A program made the translations under genes and the position numbers. Below the pieces are notes generated by a model. That model saw only the letters and a list, made by a program, of their open reading frames with translations. It did no database searches and was not told the DNA's origin. Below are positions 9,556-19,862 of a stretch of DNA of 64,000 bases, one piece after another (within the stretch, counting starts at the first letter, position 1; the number at the start of each line of letters is the position of its first letter). This DNA comes from an uncultured bacterium (GTDB lineage: Bacteria > Actinomycetota > Actinomycetes > S36-B12). The stretch lies in NCBI GenBank assembly GCA_963700255.1, contig CAVOWW010000023.1, forward strand, positions 128,403-192,402. Reading direction: 5' to 3'.

Positions 9556-9634
9556 AAACGGGCAAAAGGGACGGTAATCCCACTTTTTCTGCCGGAAAGG
9601 CCGTTTCGGTCCCCGATTCGGGCGGCTCGAGGGG

Positions 9635-11082
9635 TTATGGGAAGGGTGCGACGTCCCCCAGGAAGCCGGTGAGCAAGGCCTCGTACCGGGTGCTGTCGAC
9701 GTTCCACGAGAGCAGATGGCCGGCGCCCTCGAAGAGCTCGAGCGTGACCAGGCCGGGCGTGGCGGCGGCCGCGAACGCCGTGCTCACCTCCGGCGCGACC
9801 GTCGTGTCGGCCGTGCCCTGCACGATCAGCATCGGCGTCCGGAACCCTGCGGCGTCGGCCGTGTAGTCGGCGGCGTCGAAGTCGAAGCCGAAGCGCCATT
9901 GCGCGACCCGCATCGCCAGCCGCGCCGCGAAACCGGGGATCCCCTTGTCGACGGCACCGAGCTCGACCACCTGCCCGAAGTCCGTGAGCGGCGCATCGAG
10001 GAAGGCCCCCACCACCCGGTCCGACAGGCCTGAGTTCTGCAGGAACGCGAGTGACACCGATCCGCCCATGCTGCTGCCAGCGAGGACGATCCGCTCGGCG
10101 CCGTTGTCGAGCGCGTACTGGACGGCTCCCTCGAGGTCCTGCCACTCGTCCACCCCGAACTGCGCGTATCCGTTGCCCTGCGGAGCCCGGGCGTCGTTGC
10201 GGTAGCGGATCAGCAGCATCGGGTAGCCGAGCTCGGAGACGGTGCGGGCGATGCGCAGGCCCTCTCCCGGGCCGGCCCCGCGGCCATGGGTGAACACGAC
10301 CCACGTCGTGGCGGTGCCGGGGATCAGCCACGCCGGCGCCGGGCCGAGCGGAGTGTCGAACTCGACGTCCTCATACGGCAGGCCGAGTCCGACCTGAGGG
10401 TTGCGCGGGAAGTACCAGCCGTCCAGCACGGCGCCCTGCCCGGCGGCCAGGTCGGGCGGGAGCACCTGCGCGGTGACGGCGCGCGAGCCGGCGGCGGCGG
10501 ACGTCTGCGGGTCATCGGTCTGCACGTAGCCGCCCTCGATCGAGGCGATGCCCATCAGGCCCTGATCGCGCCATTCCGGCTCGACGCCGGAGTACGTCAC
10601 CCGGCCGCCGTCGACCGCATCGATGGTCATCGCGAAGCCCGCGTCGGGCTGCGGCACCCGGGCGCCGGCGCCGATGAGGCCGCTGATGTACCAGAGGCCG
10701 CCCGCGACGACCGCGAGGGCGAGACCCAGGAGCACCCCGAGGGCGATCCACGGCCAGCGGCGCCGGGGCCGGGGAGCGACGTGGGTGCTGACAGCTGGGG
10801 CGACGGCGGGGGGCTCGGCCACCTCGGCCTCGACCACCTCGGGCTCGACGGGCTCGGGCTCGACGGGCTCGGCCACGACCTCGGGCTCGACCACCTCGGC
10901 ACGACCACCTCGGGCTCGACGGTCTCGGCCACGACCACCTCGGGCTCGACGGTCTCGGCCCCCACCACCTCGGGCTCGGGCTCGACCATCGGCAGGACGA
11001 TGACGGGGATCTCCGCCGTCTCGTCAGTGGCGCGCACCGGCGGTGTGCCCGGCACAGCGCCGGACACCTCGTCGTCGGCCAT
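9635..11082 (-). CDS. Membrane-anchored alpha/beta hydrolase with acidic repetitive N-terminus; 1-bp frameshift near 10900
   Basis: VFTHG, GSSMG nucleophile elbow, [13 protein letters not shown]-terminus MADDEVSG...EPEVV joins ORF 9635..10894 if one base is restored at ~10900. Confidence 0.8.
10815..10990. repeat. Imperfect 15/30-bp coding repeats ([13 protein letters not shown])
   Basis: Repeated accacctcgggctcgac units. Confidence 0.85.
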
Positions 11083-11172
11083 GCGGTCATTCTGCGACAC
11101 GCGGCCGCCGAATCCCGGGCTTGCCCCGATCACGGGCGTGGGCGGTGACGGGCGGTCTGACAGGATGGCCGG

Positions 11173-12174
11173 ATGCGCATCACCGTCCTCGCCGGCGGCA
11201 TCGGCGGCGCCCGCTTCCTGCGCGGCCTGAAGGCGCACCAGCCCGATGCGGAGATCACCGTCATCGGCAACACCGGCGACGACATCTGGGTCCACGGCCT
11301 GCGCGTGTGCCCCGACCTGGACACCGTCATGTACACCCTCGGCGACGGCATCAGCCACGAGCGGGGCTGGGGCCGCGAGGGCGAGACGTTCACCGTCAAG
11401 GACGAGCTGGCCGACTACGGCGTCGAGCCGACCTGGTTCGGGCTCGGCGACAAGGACATCGCCACGCACCTGATCCGCACGCAGTCGCTCGGCGCCGGAT
11501 ACACGCTGACGCAGGTCACGGCTGCACTGTGCGAGCACTGGCAGCCGGGGGTGCGCCTGCTGCCGATGTCGGACGACCGCGCCGAGACGCATGTCATCGT
11601 CGACGACCCGTCCGGCGGCACTGCCCCCGACGGAACGCCGCTGCGCACGGCCATCCACTTCCAGGAGTGGTGGATCCGCTACCGAGCCGGCCTGCCGGCG
11701 CACGGCTTCGCCCTCGTCGGCATCGACTCCGCGAAGCCCGGCCCCGAGGTGGTCGAGGCGATCATGTCGGCCGACGTCGTCCTCTTCCCACCCAGCAACC
11801 CCGTCGTCTCGATCGGCACGATCCTGCAGGTGCCCGGCATCGCGGACGCGGTCCGCGCGACCAGGGCGCCCGTGGTCGGCGTCTCCCCCATCGTGGGCGG
11901 GGCCCCCGTGCGCGGGATGGCCGATGCCTGCCTCACCGCCATCGGGCTCGAGACCTCGGCCGCCGCCGTCGCCACCCACTACGGAGCGCGGACCGGCGGC
12001 GGCCTCATCGACGCCTGGCTCGTCGACAGCGCCGATGCGACCTGCGTGCCGGAGGTGGAGGCGGCCGGAATCCGCTGCCTCGCGGTCCCCACGATGATGA
12101 CCGACGTCGATGCGACCGCTCGCATCGCCGAAGCCAGCCTCGAGGTCGCCCACGGGCTGCCCGCCCGCTCATGA
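11173..12174 (+). CDS. cofD: 2-phospho-L-lactate/PEP transferase (F420 synthesis)
   Basis: [48 protein letters not shown]. Confidence 0.95.
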   Translation: MRITVLAGGIGGARFLRGLKAHQPDAEITVIGNTGDDIWVHGLRVCPDLDTVMYTLGDGISHERGWGREGETFTVKDELADYGVEPTWFGLGDKDIATHLIRTQSLGAGYTLTQVTAALCEHWQPGVRLLPMSDDRAETHVIVDDPSGGTAPDGTPLRTAIHFQEWWIRYRAGLPAHGFALVGIDSAKPGPEVVEAIMSADVVLFPPSNPVVSIGTILQVPGIADAVRATRAPVVGVSPIVGGAPVRGMADACLTAIGLETSAAAVATHYGARTGGGLIDAWLVDSADATCVPEVEAAGIRCLAVPTMMTDVDATARIAEASLEVAHGLPARS

Positions 12175-13523
12175 CCCGGATCCAGGCGGTCGCGGTCGAG
12201 GGCATCGGGATCATCCGCGAGGGGGACGACCTCGGCGCCCTGCTCGCGAAGCACTGTGCGGCACTGACATGGCCAGACGGCGGCCAGGGTCTCGCGGACG
12301 GCGACATCGTCGTCATCACCAGCAAGGTGGTCTCGAAGGCGGAGGGGCGACTCGTCGCCGCGATGTCGCGCGACGAGGCCATCGGCGCGGAGACCGCTCG
12401 CGTCGTCGCAACCAAGCAGACCCCCCGGGGTGACACGCGCATCGTGCAGACGCATCACGGACTGGTCATGGCCGCGGCGGGGGTCGATGCCAGCAACGTC
12501 GAGGCCGGCTACGTGGTCCTGCTGCCGGTGGACCCTGACTCATCCGCGCGACAGATCCGGGCATCCCTCGAGTCGTCGGCGGGTGTGCGGCTCGGAGTTG
12601 TCATCACGGACACCATGGGTCGTCCGTGGCGCCTCGGCGTCACGGATGTCGCCATCGGCGCGGCGGGCGTGACCGTGCTCGACGACTACACCGGGCGGGT
12701 CGATCCGTTCGGTCGCACCCTGGAGATGACGGTCGTCGCCGTGGCGGACGAGCTCGCGGCTGCGACTGACCTCGTCAAGGGCAAGCTCGACAACCGTCCT
12801 GTCGCGGTCGTGCGCGGGCTGGCCGCCCAGGTGACCGAGGACGACGGCCCCGGGGCCCGTGCGGTGATCCGTCCCCTGGACGAGGACCTGTTCACCATGG
12901 GGAGCGCCGAGGCCCACGCGGAAGGCCGGCGAGCGGCGCCCTTCGCGCGGCGCACGGTGCGGACGTTCACCGAGGAAGCCGTCCCCGAGTCCGTCCTGGC
13001 GGCGGCGGTCGCCGCAGCCGTGAGCGCGCCGGCACCGCATCACACCGAGCCGTGGCGGTTCATCGCCCTGCGCCCAGGAGCCGAGCGTGATCGGCTCCTG
13101 GATGCGATGCGCGACCGGTGGATCGCCGACCTCACCGGCATCGACGGCTACGACGAGGAGTCCGTCGATCGCCGACTCCGTCGCGGCGACATCCTGCGCC
13201 ACGCTCCGCTCGTCGTCCTGCCGTTCCTCGAGCTCGAGGGCGCCGCGCACGCCTACCCCGACGACGAGCGCCGCGGCTTCGAGCGCGACCTCTTCGTGGT
13301 GGCGGGCGGCGCGGCCGTGCAGAACCTCATGGTCGCGCTGGCCGCCGAGGACTGGGGGTCGGCCTGGATCTCGTCGACGGTCTTCTGCCCGGACACCGTG
13401 CGCGACGTGCTGCAGCTGCCGGACTCCTGGCAGCCGCTCGGCGCCGTCGCCGTGGGCCGGCCCGCCGTGGAGCCCGCTCAGCGCGGCGAGCGCGACGTCG
13501 CCCGCTTCCTCACCTTCCGCTGA
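12171..13523 (+). CDS. fbiB: F420-0:gamma-glutamyl ligase fused to a nitroreductase domain (FbiB type)
   Basis: ATG 12171 overlaps the cofD stop; [29 protein letters not shown]; C-terminal [17 protein letters not shown]. Confidence 0.94.
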   Translation: MTRIQAVAVEGIGIIREGDDLGALLAKHCAALTWPDGGQGLADGDIVVITSKVVSKAEGRLVAAMSRDEAIGAETARVVATKQTPRGDTRIVQTHHGLVMAAAGVDASNVEAGYVVLLPVDPDSSARQIRASLESSAGVRLGVVITDTMGRPWRLGVTDVAIGAAGVTVLDDYTGRVDPFGRTLEMTVVAVADELAAATDLVKGKLDNRPVAVVRGLAAQVTEDDGPGARAVIRPLDEDLFTMGSAEAHAEGRRAAPFARRTVRTFTEEAVPESVLAAAVAAAVSAPAPHHTEPWRFIALRPGAERDRLLDAMRDRWIADLTGIDGYDEESVDRRLRRGDILRHAPLVVLPFLELEGAAHAYPDDERRGFERDLFVVAGGAAVQNLMVALAAEDWGSAWISSTVFCPDTVRDVLQLPDSWQPLGAVAVGRPAVEPAQRGERDVARFLTFR

Positions 13524-13530
13524 GAGTCGG

Positions 13531-13557
13531 GAGGTGACCCGGACGCTGGGTCACCTC
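13531..13557. terminator. Hairpin between convergent fbiB and the glycosylase gene (probable bidirectional terminator)
   Basis: gaggtgaccc-ggacgct-gggtcacctc, 10-bp perfect stem. Confidence 0.65.
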
Positions 13558-13558
13558 G

Positions 13559-14503
13559 TCAGAAGCGGCGGTAGTCGGCGATCGTCATCCGCGGGCCACG
13601 GGCCGGCCGGGAGATCCCGCACACCTCGACGAGCCGCTGCACGCGGTAGCGGTGCCCGCTGAACGGCTCCAGCAGCGCGGCCATCTGCTCGTCGGTGCCG
13701 TCGCGCTCGCCGGTGAACACGTATCCGACCTCCTGGGCGAGGTGGTAGTCGCCGAACGAGACGGCGTCGGCGTCCCCGAGCGCGCGCTGCGCGACCTCGG
13801 CCGCCGTCCACGGGCCGATGCCGGTGACCGCCCCCAGCCGGGCGCGGGCTTCGGGCAGCGGGAGGTCCGTGCACTGCTCGAGGCGACCGGCCACCTGCAT
13901 GGCGCGCATGATCGTGTCCGACTGCCGCGGGCCCACCCCCCAGCGATGCCACTGCCACGAGGGCACGCGCCGGATCACCTCGGGGGCTGGCGGCACGCGC
14001 ATGCCCTGGGGCGCCGGCCCCGGCGCCGGCTCGCCGTGCGCGGCCAGCAGCGAGCGCCACGCCCCGAGGGACTGCACCCCCGTGACCTTCTGCTCCAGCA
14101 CCGCCACGATGAGCGTCTCGACGACGCGACGGCTGCGCGGCACCCGCCAGCCGGCGGCCAGTCGCCGCCAGGCGGGCCTGAGCTGCTCGGGCAGCAGCTC
14201 GGCAGGGAACCCGCGGGGATCGTCGGCGGCGCCGAGCAGGTCGGGCACGCGCTCCACCTGCCACGAGGAGCCGGGACCCCAGGCCTCGGCGCACACCGTC
14301 TGGTCGACGACCCGCAGCCGGAGGGACACTGCGCCATCCGGCGTGCGCGACGTGCGCCAGGCCGCGCCGTCTCCGGTCAGCCGGACGGTGGGATCGCGTG
14401 ATCCGCGAACCGACGAGCCGAGAACCGAGCGGAGGTCGACCCGGTACGGGGCCGCCCACTCCTCCTGGGCGTCAGGAGTCGCTGGAGAACCGGACGCTGC
14501 CAT
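13559..14503 (-). CDS. DNA-3-methyladenine glycosylase II (AlkA/HhH-GPD) family protein
   Basis: AVLEQKVTG, VTGIGPWTAAEV HhH motif, LGDADAVSFGDYHL. Confidence 0.85.
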   Translation of the reverse strand: MAASGSPATPDAQEEWAAPYRVDLRSVLGSSVRGSRDPTVRLTGDGAAWRTSRTPDGAVSLRLRVVDQTVCAEAWGPGSSWQVERVPDLLGAADDPRGFPAELLPEQLRPAWRRLAAGWRVPRSRRVVETLIVAVLEQKVTGVQSLGAWRSLLAAHGEPAPGPAPQGMRVPPAPEVIRRVPSWQWHRWGVGPRQSDTIMRAMQVAGRLEQCTDLPLPEARARLGAVTGIGPWTAAEVAQRALGDADAVSFGDYHLAQEVGYVFTGERDGTDEQMAALLEPFSGHRYRVQRLVEVCGISRPARGPRMTIADYRRF

Positions 14504-15548
14504 CGGCCAGCTCTGCGCCCGGCCAGACCCGGACACCGTCGAGCAGCTCATTGCCCCGGCCGACGACTGCTCCGTCGCCGATCACCGCTCCCCGCAGGAC
14601 CGTGCCCGCGCCGATGACGGCACCGACCCCCACGATGCTGTGCATGACGTGCGCTCCCTCGGCGATCTCGGCGCCGTCGAACACCACGGCTCCGTTGACC
14701 ACTGCGCCCGCACCCACGACGGCGCCGCGTCCGATCACTGTGCCGCCGTGCACCTGGGCGTCAACGGCGATCTGCGCGCCCTCAAGCGCGAGGAAGTCGC
14801 CGGTGCCGGCGACGGCGGGCGACGGTGCGGCGCCCAGCACCAGGTCGCACGAGCCCTGGACGAAGGCCAGTGGCGTGCCGAGGTCGAGCCAGTAGCCCTT
14901 GTCGACGACGCCCGTGACGAGCGCCCCGGCGGCGAGCAGCCCCGGGAAGGTCTCGCGCTCGACCGACACGGGCCGCCCGGACGGGATCGCGTCGATGATG
15001 CTCCGCGTGAACACGTAGCACCCGGCGTTGATGTTGTTGGTGACGATCTCCGCCTCGGTCTTCGGCTTCTCGAGGAAGGCAGTGACGCGGCCCGTGTGAT
15101 CAGTCGGCACCAGCCCGTAGGCCCGCGGATCGTCGACCGGGGTGAGGTACAGCGACACGTCGCTCGACGTGTCGCGATGGTGCTGGACGAGACCGGCGAT
15201 GTCGAGCCCGCTGAGCACATCACCGTTGAAGATCAGCACCGGCTCGTCGCCTGAGCTCTGCAGGAACGGCAGTGCGTGGCGGATTGCGCCGCCGGTGCCG
15301 AGCGGCTCGTCCTCCGTCGCGATGACCACCTCGATGCCGAGGTCGGTGTCGTCGATGAACGCACGGAAGATGTCGGCCCGGTACGAGGTGGCCAGCACGA
15401 TGCGCGTCACGCCTGCGTCGCGTGCACGGGTGATCTGGTGCACCGTGAAGGGCACGCCGGCGACGGGCAGCATCGGCTTCGGGGTGTTGATGGTGAGCGG
15501 GCGAAGGCGCGTGCCCTGCCCGCCGACGAGGAGCACGGCTTCAGTCAC
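14472..15548 (-). CDS. manC: Mannose-1-phosphate guanylyltransferase / NDP-sugar synthase
   Basis: LLVGGQGTRLRPLTINTPKPML, EPLGTGGAI, FNGDVL, FLEKP, WLDLGTP and a C-terminal hexapeptide beta-helix. Confidence 0.88.
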   Translation of the reverse strand: MTEAVLLVGGQGTRLRPLTINTPKPMLPVAGVPFTVHQITRARDAGVTRIVLATSYRADIFRAFIDDTDLGIEVVIATEDEPLGTGGAIRHALPFLQSSGDEPVLIFNGDVLSGLDIAGLVQHHRDTSSDVSLYLTPVDDPRAYGLVPTDHTGRVTAFLEKPKTEAEIVTNNINAGCYVFTRSIIDAIPSGRPVSVERETFPGLLAAGALVTGVVDKGYWLDLGTPLAFVQGSCDLVLGAAPSPAVAGTGDFLALEGAQIAVDAQVHGGTVIGRGAVVGAGAVVNGAVVFDGAEIAEGAHVMHSIVGVGAVIGAGTVLRGAVIGDGAVVGRGNELLDGVRVWPGAELADGSVRFSSDS

Positions 15549-15597
15549 GCCGCAAGGGTGCCACACCCCTGCGACCGATGGCGGCTACGGTGCTGAC

Positions 15598-16317
15598 GTG
15601 ACCGACGTCTGGAGCCTCCTGCAGCGGCGCAGGCGCGATTCCGCCGGCGCCCCGCTCGTGACCTTCCTCGATGCGGACACCGGAGAGCGGACCGAGCTGT
15701 CAGCCGTCTCGTTCGAGAATGCGGCCGCGAAGATCGCCAACGCGCTGCGCGACGAGTACGACCTGGGGCCGGGGGCCACCCTGGGACTGCGGCTCCCCCT
15801 GCACTGGCAGCGGTCGGCATGGTGTGCCGGCGCCTGGACCGCCGGCTGCCTCGTCGCTCCCGGAGCCGTTGACGCCGACCTGGTGGTGGCCACCGCGGCG
15901 GAGGCGACGAGCCTGGCCGCGACGGCGCCCCGGCTGGCGATCGTGTCCCTCCACCCCTTCGGCCTTCCCGTCACCGAGTCCCTGCCGCCCGGCGTCGACG
16001 ACGTCACCCTTGTCGTGCGGCAGCAGCCCGACGCCTACCTGTTCGATCCGCCCGACGGGAGCACGCCCGCGTTCGTGAGCGAGTCGGGCGTGCTCGACCA
16101 GTCCGCCCTGGTCGACCTTGCCCTCGCCCGCGGCGCGGCCTGGGGCCTCGAGCCCGGCGGCCGACTCCTGGTGCGGGAGGCTGCGCCGGACGAGGATGGC
16201 TGGCTGGCCGCAGCGGCCGTCCCCCTCGCCTGCCGGGCCTCCGCCGTCCTCGTCCGAGGGGCGGGGGACGTCCCCAGCATCGAGCAGCAGGAGCGCATCA
16301 GCGCGCGCGTGCCGTAG
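15598..16317 (+). CDS. TIGR03089 family protein (truncated AMP-binding-like fold)
   Basis: PLVTFLD..TGERTELSAVSFENAAAKIANAL, LPLHWQ; next to manC. Confidence 0.82.
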   Translation: MTDVWSLLQRRRRDSAGAPLVTFLDADTGERTELSAVSFENAAAKIANALRDEYDLGPGATLGLRLPLHWQRSAWCAGAWTAGCLVAPGAVDADLVVATAAEATSLAATAPRLAIVSLHPFGLPVTESLPPGVDDVTLVVRQQPDAYLFDPPDGSTPAFVSESGVLDQSALVDLALARGAAWGLEPGGRLLVREAAPDEDGWLAAAAVPLACRASAVLVRGAGDVPSIEQQERISARVP

Positions 16318-16319
16318 CG

Positions 16320-16341
16320 GGTCCGGCCGGCCGGCCGGACC
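16320..16341. terminator. Palindrome between convergent genes
   Basis: ggtccggccggccggccggacc is self-complementary. Confidence 0.5.
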
Positions 16342-16349
16342 GATCGGGG

Positions 16350-19300
16350 TCAGGACACCGAGACGGTGAACTCCGAGCTCACGCCGACGACGGCTCCCTT
16401 GCGAACCACCAGGACGCGGTACGTGCCGGTCGCCGACGCCTGCGTCTTGCGGACGACGAACCGGTAGCGGCCCTTCGTGCTGGTGCGGTCCTTGCCCACC
16501 GTGACCCACTCGCCGTTCACCAGCTTCTGGCGCACGGCCTTGAGCTTCGCCTTGGCGGGGCGCACGACGCCGACGACCTTGTACGTCGTGCCGGGGGCGA
16601 CGACCACGGCTGCGGGCGTCAGGAGCGAGACCGTGCGCTGCTTCACGCTGGTCGTGGGCGCGGGAGCCGGCGCGGGTGCGGGTGCGGGTGCAGGGCGGCG
16701 CGGGCGCGGGTGCGGCCGCTCCCCCGCTGCCCCCCACGGACGTGACGTACTTCGACTTCAGCCCGAACGAGGACTGGAGCTGGCTGCCGCTGCGGGTGAC
16801 CAACGAGCCGTCACCCAGCGTGGCGGTCGCCGTCCGGACCGCCCCGGACACGTAGCGCTCGGTGATGTCGACCTTCCAGACCTGCGGCACGCCGAACGCC
16901 TTCGCCATGCTCGCCTGCGGCACCACGACTGACCAGGAGCGGTTGGGGTTGTCGGGCGTCTGCATCCACGGGTCCGGGACGCTGACGACGTACGGGAGGG
17001 TGCCGCCCCACACGTCCTGCACCGACTGCGTGGCCCCGCCGCTCGACGAGTGGTAGAACGCGCGGATCGGCTGGCCGCCGTAGAGGATCGCCTGGCCGGT
17101 CGTGTCGGAGGCGCGCGTGGAGTTGACGGCCTCGACCCACCGCTCCCCCTTGGGTGAGCTGGCCTTGGTCCAGCCCGTGAAGGTCTGGTCGTAGTACGGG
17201 CCCCCGCCGTCGTCCATGTGGCACGAGCACGCCTGCCGCACGGGGCTGGCCACCTTGCTGAGCGCGTAGGTGCGCGCGGCGAGTGCCTGCGCCTGCATCG
17301 CGGCCATCGGCCACGAGCTCGAGACCTCGGAGATCCCGTACAGGTACTCGTCGTGGACGCGCACTGAGTTGACGACGTTCAGCCGCACACCGCTCGAGGT
17401 CGACACCGGGACGACCTCGACGCTGCCGTAGCGGTACCGATGCCCGGAGGAGTCCAGGGACGAGCCGGACCCGACGACGTTGAGGAGGGTCGGCCCGCCC
17501 GCGGCTGTGCCCGGGGTGCGGGTGCCGGCCCATCGGACGGTGACGCTGGGGGCGGTGCCGAGGTCGACCGTCTGCCCGCCGGCCACCCGCTGCACGCCTA
17601 CGGCGCCCGCCTTCGTGGTGAAGCGGAACTCGTCGAGCGGCCCCCCCACGGTCACGGTGGGGCCGACGGTGACCTCGATGGCCCCGCCGGACGGATCGAG
17701 CGGCTCCGCACGCATGCGCGCGGACGACACCTGGTAGAGCAGGTTGATCCGGGCGTCCATGTCATCCTGCACCGGCGTGACGGTGGTGCCCTGGTAGTAG
17801 TGCGTGACGATGCCGTTGGCGTCGAAGCCCTCCTTGGCCATGCCGTAGGCGCCCCACTGCGACATTCCCACTCCGTGACCGAAGCCCGCACCGTTGAGGG
17901 TGAACTCGGTCGGGGGCGCGCACGGGTCAGCGGGCGAGTCCTCGGTGGGGAGCACGCGGGCGGTTCCGGTCCACGGGTACGCCGCATCGCTCCCGCTGGC
18001 ACCCGCGAGGGTCACCGTGTACGAGCCCGGCGGCACCGGCTGGCCCGCGTCGTTCAGCTTGTCCCAGCCGACGGAGAGCCCGCCGCCGGCCTCCTGCTGG
18101 CCCGCGAGGGTGCGCACGACGTCACCGCACTTGCTGCGAACCGTCATGGTCCAGGCGAGCGGTGCCGTGGTCGACGTGTTCACGACGATCGGCGTGGGGG
18201 CGGCGTACGCCACCTCGGCAGCGACCGACGGGTTGAACATCGTGACGCCCATCTTGGAGGCGACCATGGCCCTGATCGTGGGGAGCTGCTCGCTGAGCAC
18301 GACGCCGGGACATGCCGTGTTGCCGATGTCGCCGTGGCCGCCGATCACCTGGGCGACGGCCTGCTGGCCCTTCGCGTACCGCGACGTGCCCGCTCCGGAG
18401 TCCGACGTCAGGATCGTCGTGCCGTTCGGGTCGCGCTGCGACAGCGACAGCTTCCACGCGAGCAGGGAGGCGACGGACTCGTTGATGGCGGCCTGGTTGA
18501 TGGCATCGGGGCGGAAGGTGCGGAAGTCGCCGATGGCGGAGACGGCGAAGGTCTCCTTGTTGAAGCCGGCCGTGTGGCCGCCGATGACGGGCTGGTCGAG
18601 GCCGCCGCTGCGCCCCTCGTAGAGCCGGCCGTACCGGTCCACGAGGAAGTTGTAGGCCATGTCGTCGTACCGCAGGCCCCGGGTGAACCACTGGTACAGG
18701 TTGCGAACCTGCTTGGCGGCCTCCTCGGGCGTGTAGTTGTTGGTCGACACCGTGTGGTGGATGAAGGCGGCCTTGATGGTGCCGGAGTACTTGGTCCTGC
18801 CGCTCCGCCTGGACTCGTCGGCGCCCCACATCGACCGGGTGATGATGGTCGGCATGGGGGCACCCGCCGTGGCGGCGGACACCGTCGATACGGGTCCGGT
18901 CGACGCCGTCTCGTCGGGCATCGGGAGCTCTGCGTCCTCGGACTCCACGGGGCTGTCCAGGAGGACCACCGAGGGATTGTCGAGCGGCTCACCGCCCGGG
19001 GTGTCGATGCGCACCTGGACACCGTCGGCGTCGGCGGTGAGGAGCGGGTCGGTGCCGTAGCGCACGCCCTCGGCCTCGCGGGTCCCGGCGTCCGGCGCAT
19101 GGTCTGCATGGATCGTCAGCGGCGTCCACTCGGTCCAGCCATCGCCCTCGCGAACCCGGACGAGCACGCGGCTGTCGGGGTCGATCGGCGAGTCGGCCGT
19201 GATGCCGACGAGACCGAAGCCCTTCGTCTCCAGCGCCCGGGTGGCGATCGCCGGCTTCAGCGGGCGCGCGGCCACGAGGGCCGCAGGTGCGCTCGCCGGA

Positions 19301-19560
19301 CGTGCGACGGCGTACTCGACGTGGAGCGCTCCGTGCTCGTCGTGGTCGCCCCACGCGGCCATGGCCACGCTGGACGTCGCAACCGCCTGCTGGTCGACAC
19401 CGGACAGCGCGAGGACCTGCTCCGTGCCGGCGACGGCCGGCCGATCGGCGAGGGTGGCTCCGGTCGGGAGGTCGACGACTGGCAGGGCCAGCCCGGCGAC
19501 GATGATCACCGGCGCGAGGGCGACGGGCAGCAGCCTGGCCCACGGGCGACGGGCGATCAC
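16350..19560 (-). CDS. Secreted multidomain peptidoglycan hydrolase: Amidase_2 + FlgD-Ig + SpoIID/LytB + Pro-Ala linker + C-terminal beta domain; frameshift at ~16695
   Basis: Signal/TM segment; FIHHT..YNFLVD..GHTAGFN..GHGD..TACPG; WDKLNDAGQPVPPGSY; GFGHGVGMSQWGA and EYLYGISEVSSSW..QAQALAARTYA. The PAPAPA linker continues into ORF 16350..16646 after an indel. Confidence 0.85.
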
Positions 19561-19862
19561 GAATGCACTCCTCGGAGGAAGACGGGCCGACTCTCATCGG
19601 ACGTGGAGCCGGACTCCACGGTGCCACAGAACCCCCGGCAACTCCACTTCCCACGGCCCTCAGGTGTCACTTTCGTCACATCATGCGCCCGGGGACCCGG
19701 GCGGCGCCCGGAACCGGCGGCTCCCCAGGTGCGTCGGTAGGGAGCAGAGGACAGCAGCGCTTACCATGGGAATTCACCTGCTGACCACCTGTCGGCCCCC
19801 GACTCGTCCACCTACCGACATCCCGCCCGAGGGCGGACCAGACCGATGGGACCCCGTCACCG

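Noticed and set aside
5465-9577. Very long antisense or alternate-frame ORFs (e.g. 1370 aa here, 766 aa at 17440, 567 aa at 45191)
   Set aside because: Shadow ORFs of high-GC genes: Arg/Gly/Pro-rich, no motifs, fully overlapping well-supported genes.
11173-13523. F420 biosynthesis genes as a novelty
   Set aside because: cofD-fbiB near whiB and manC is standard in Actinobacteria.
15700-16700. C-terminal extension of the 1286-aa ORF overlapping TIGR03089
   Set aside because: Artefact of the indel in the Pro-Ala linker; the real C-terminus is ORF 16350..16646.
19561-19862. Possible c-di-AMP (ydaO) riboswitch or MtrA site upstream of the wall hydrolase (GTGAC-N4-GTGAC near 19666-19679)
   Set aside because: I cannot see the conserved ydaO segments, and the 9-bp repeat period does not fit the 11-bp MtrA/GlnR box. 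An Rfam scan would be needed.
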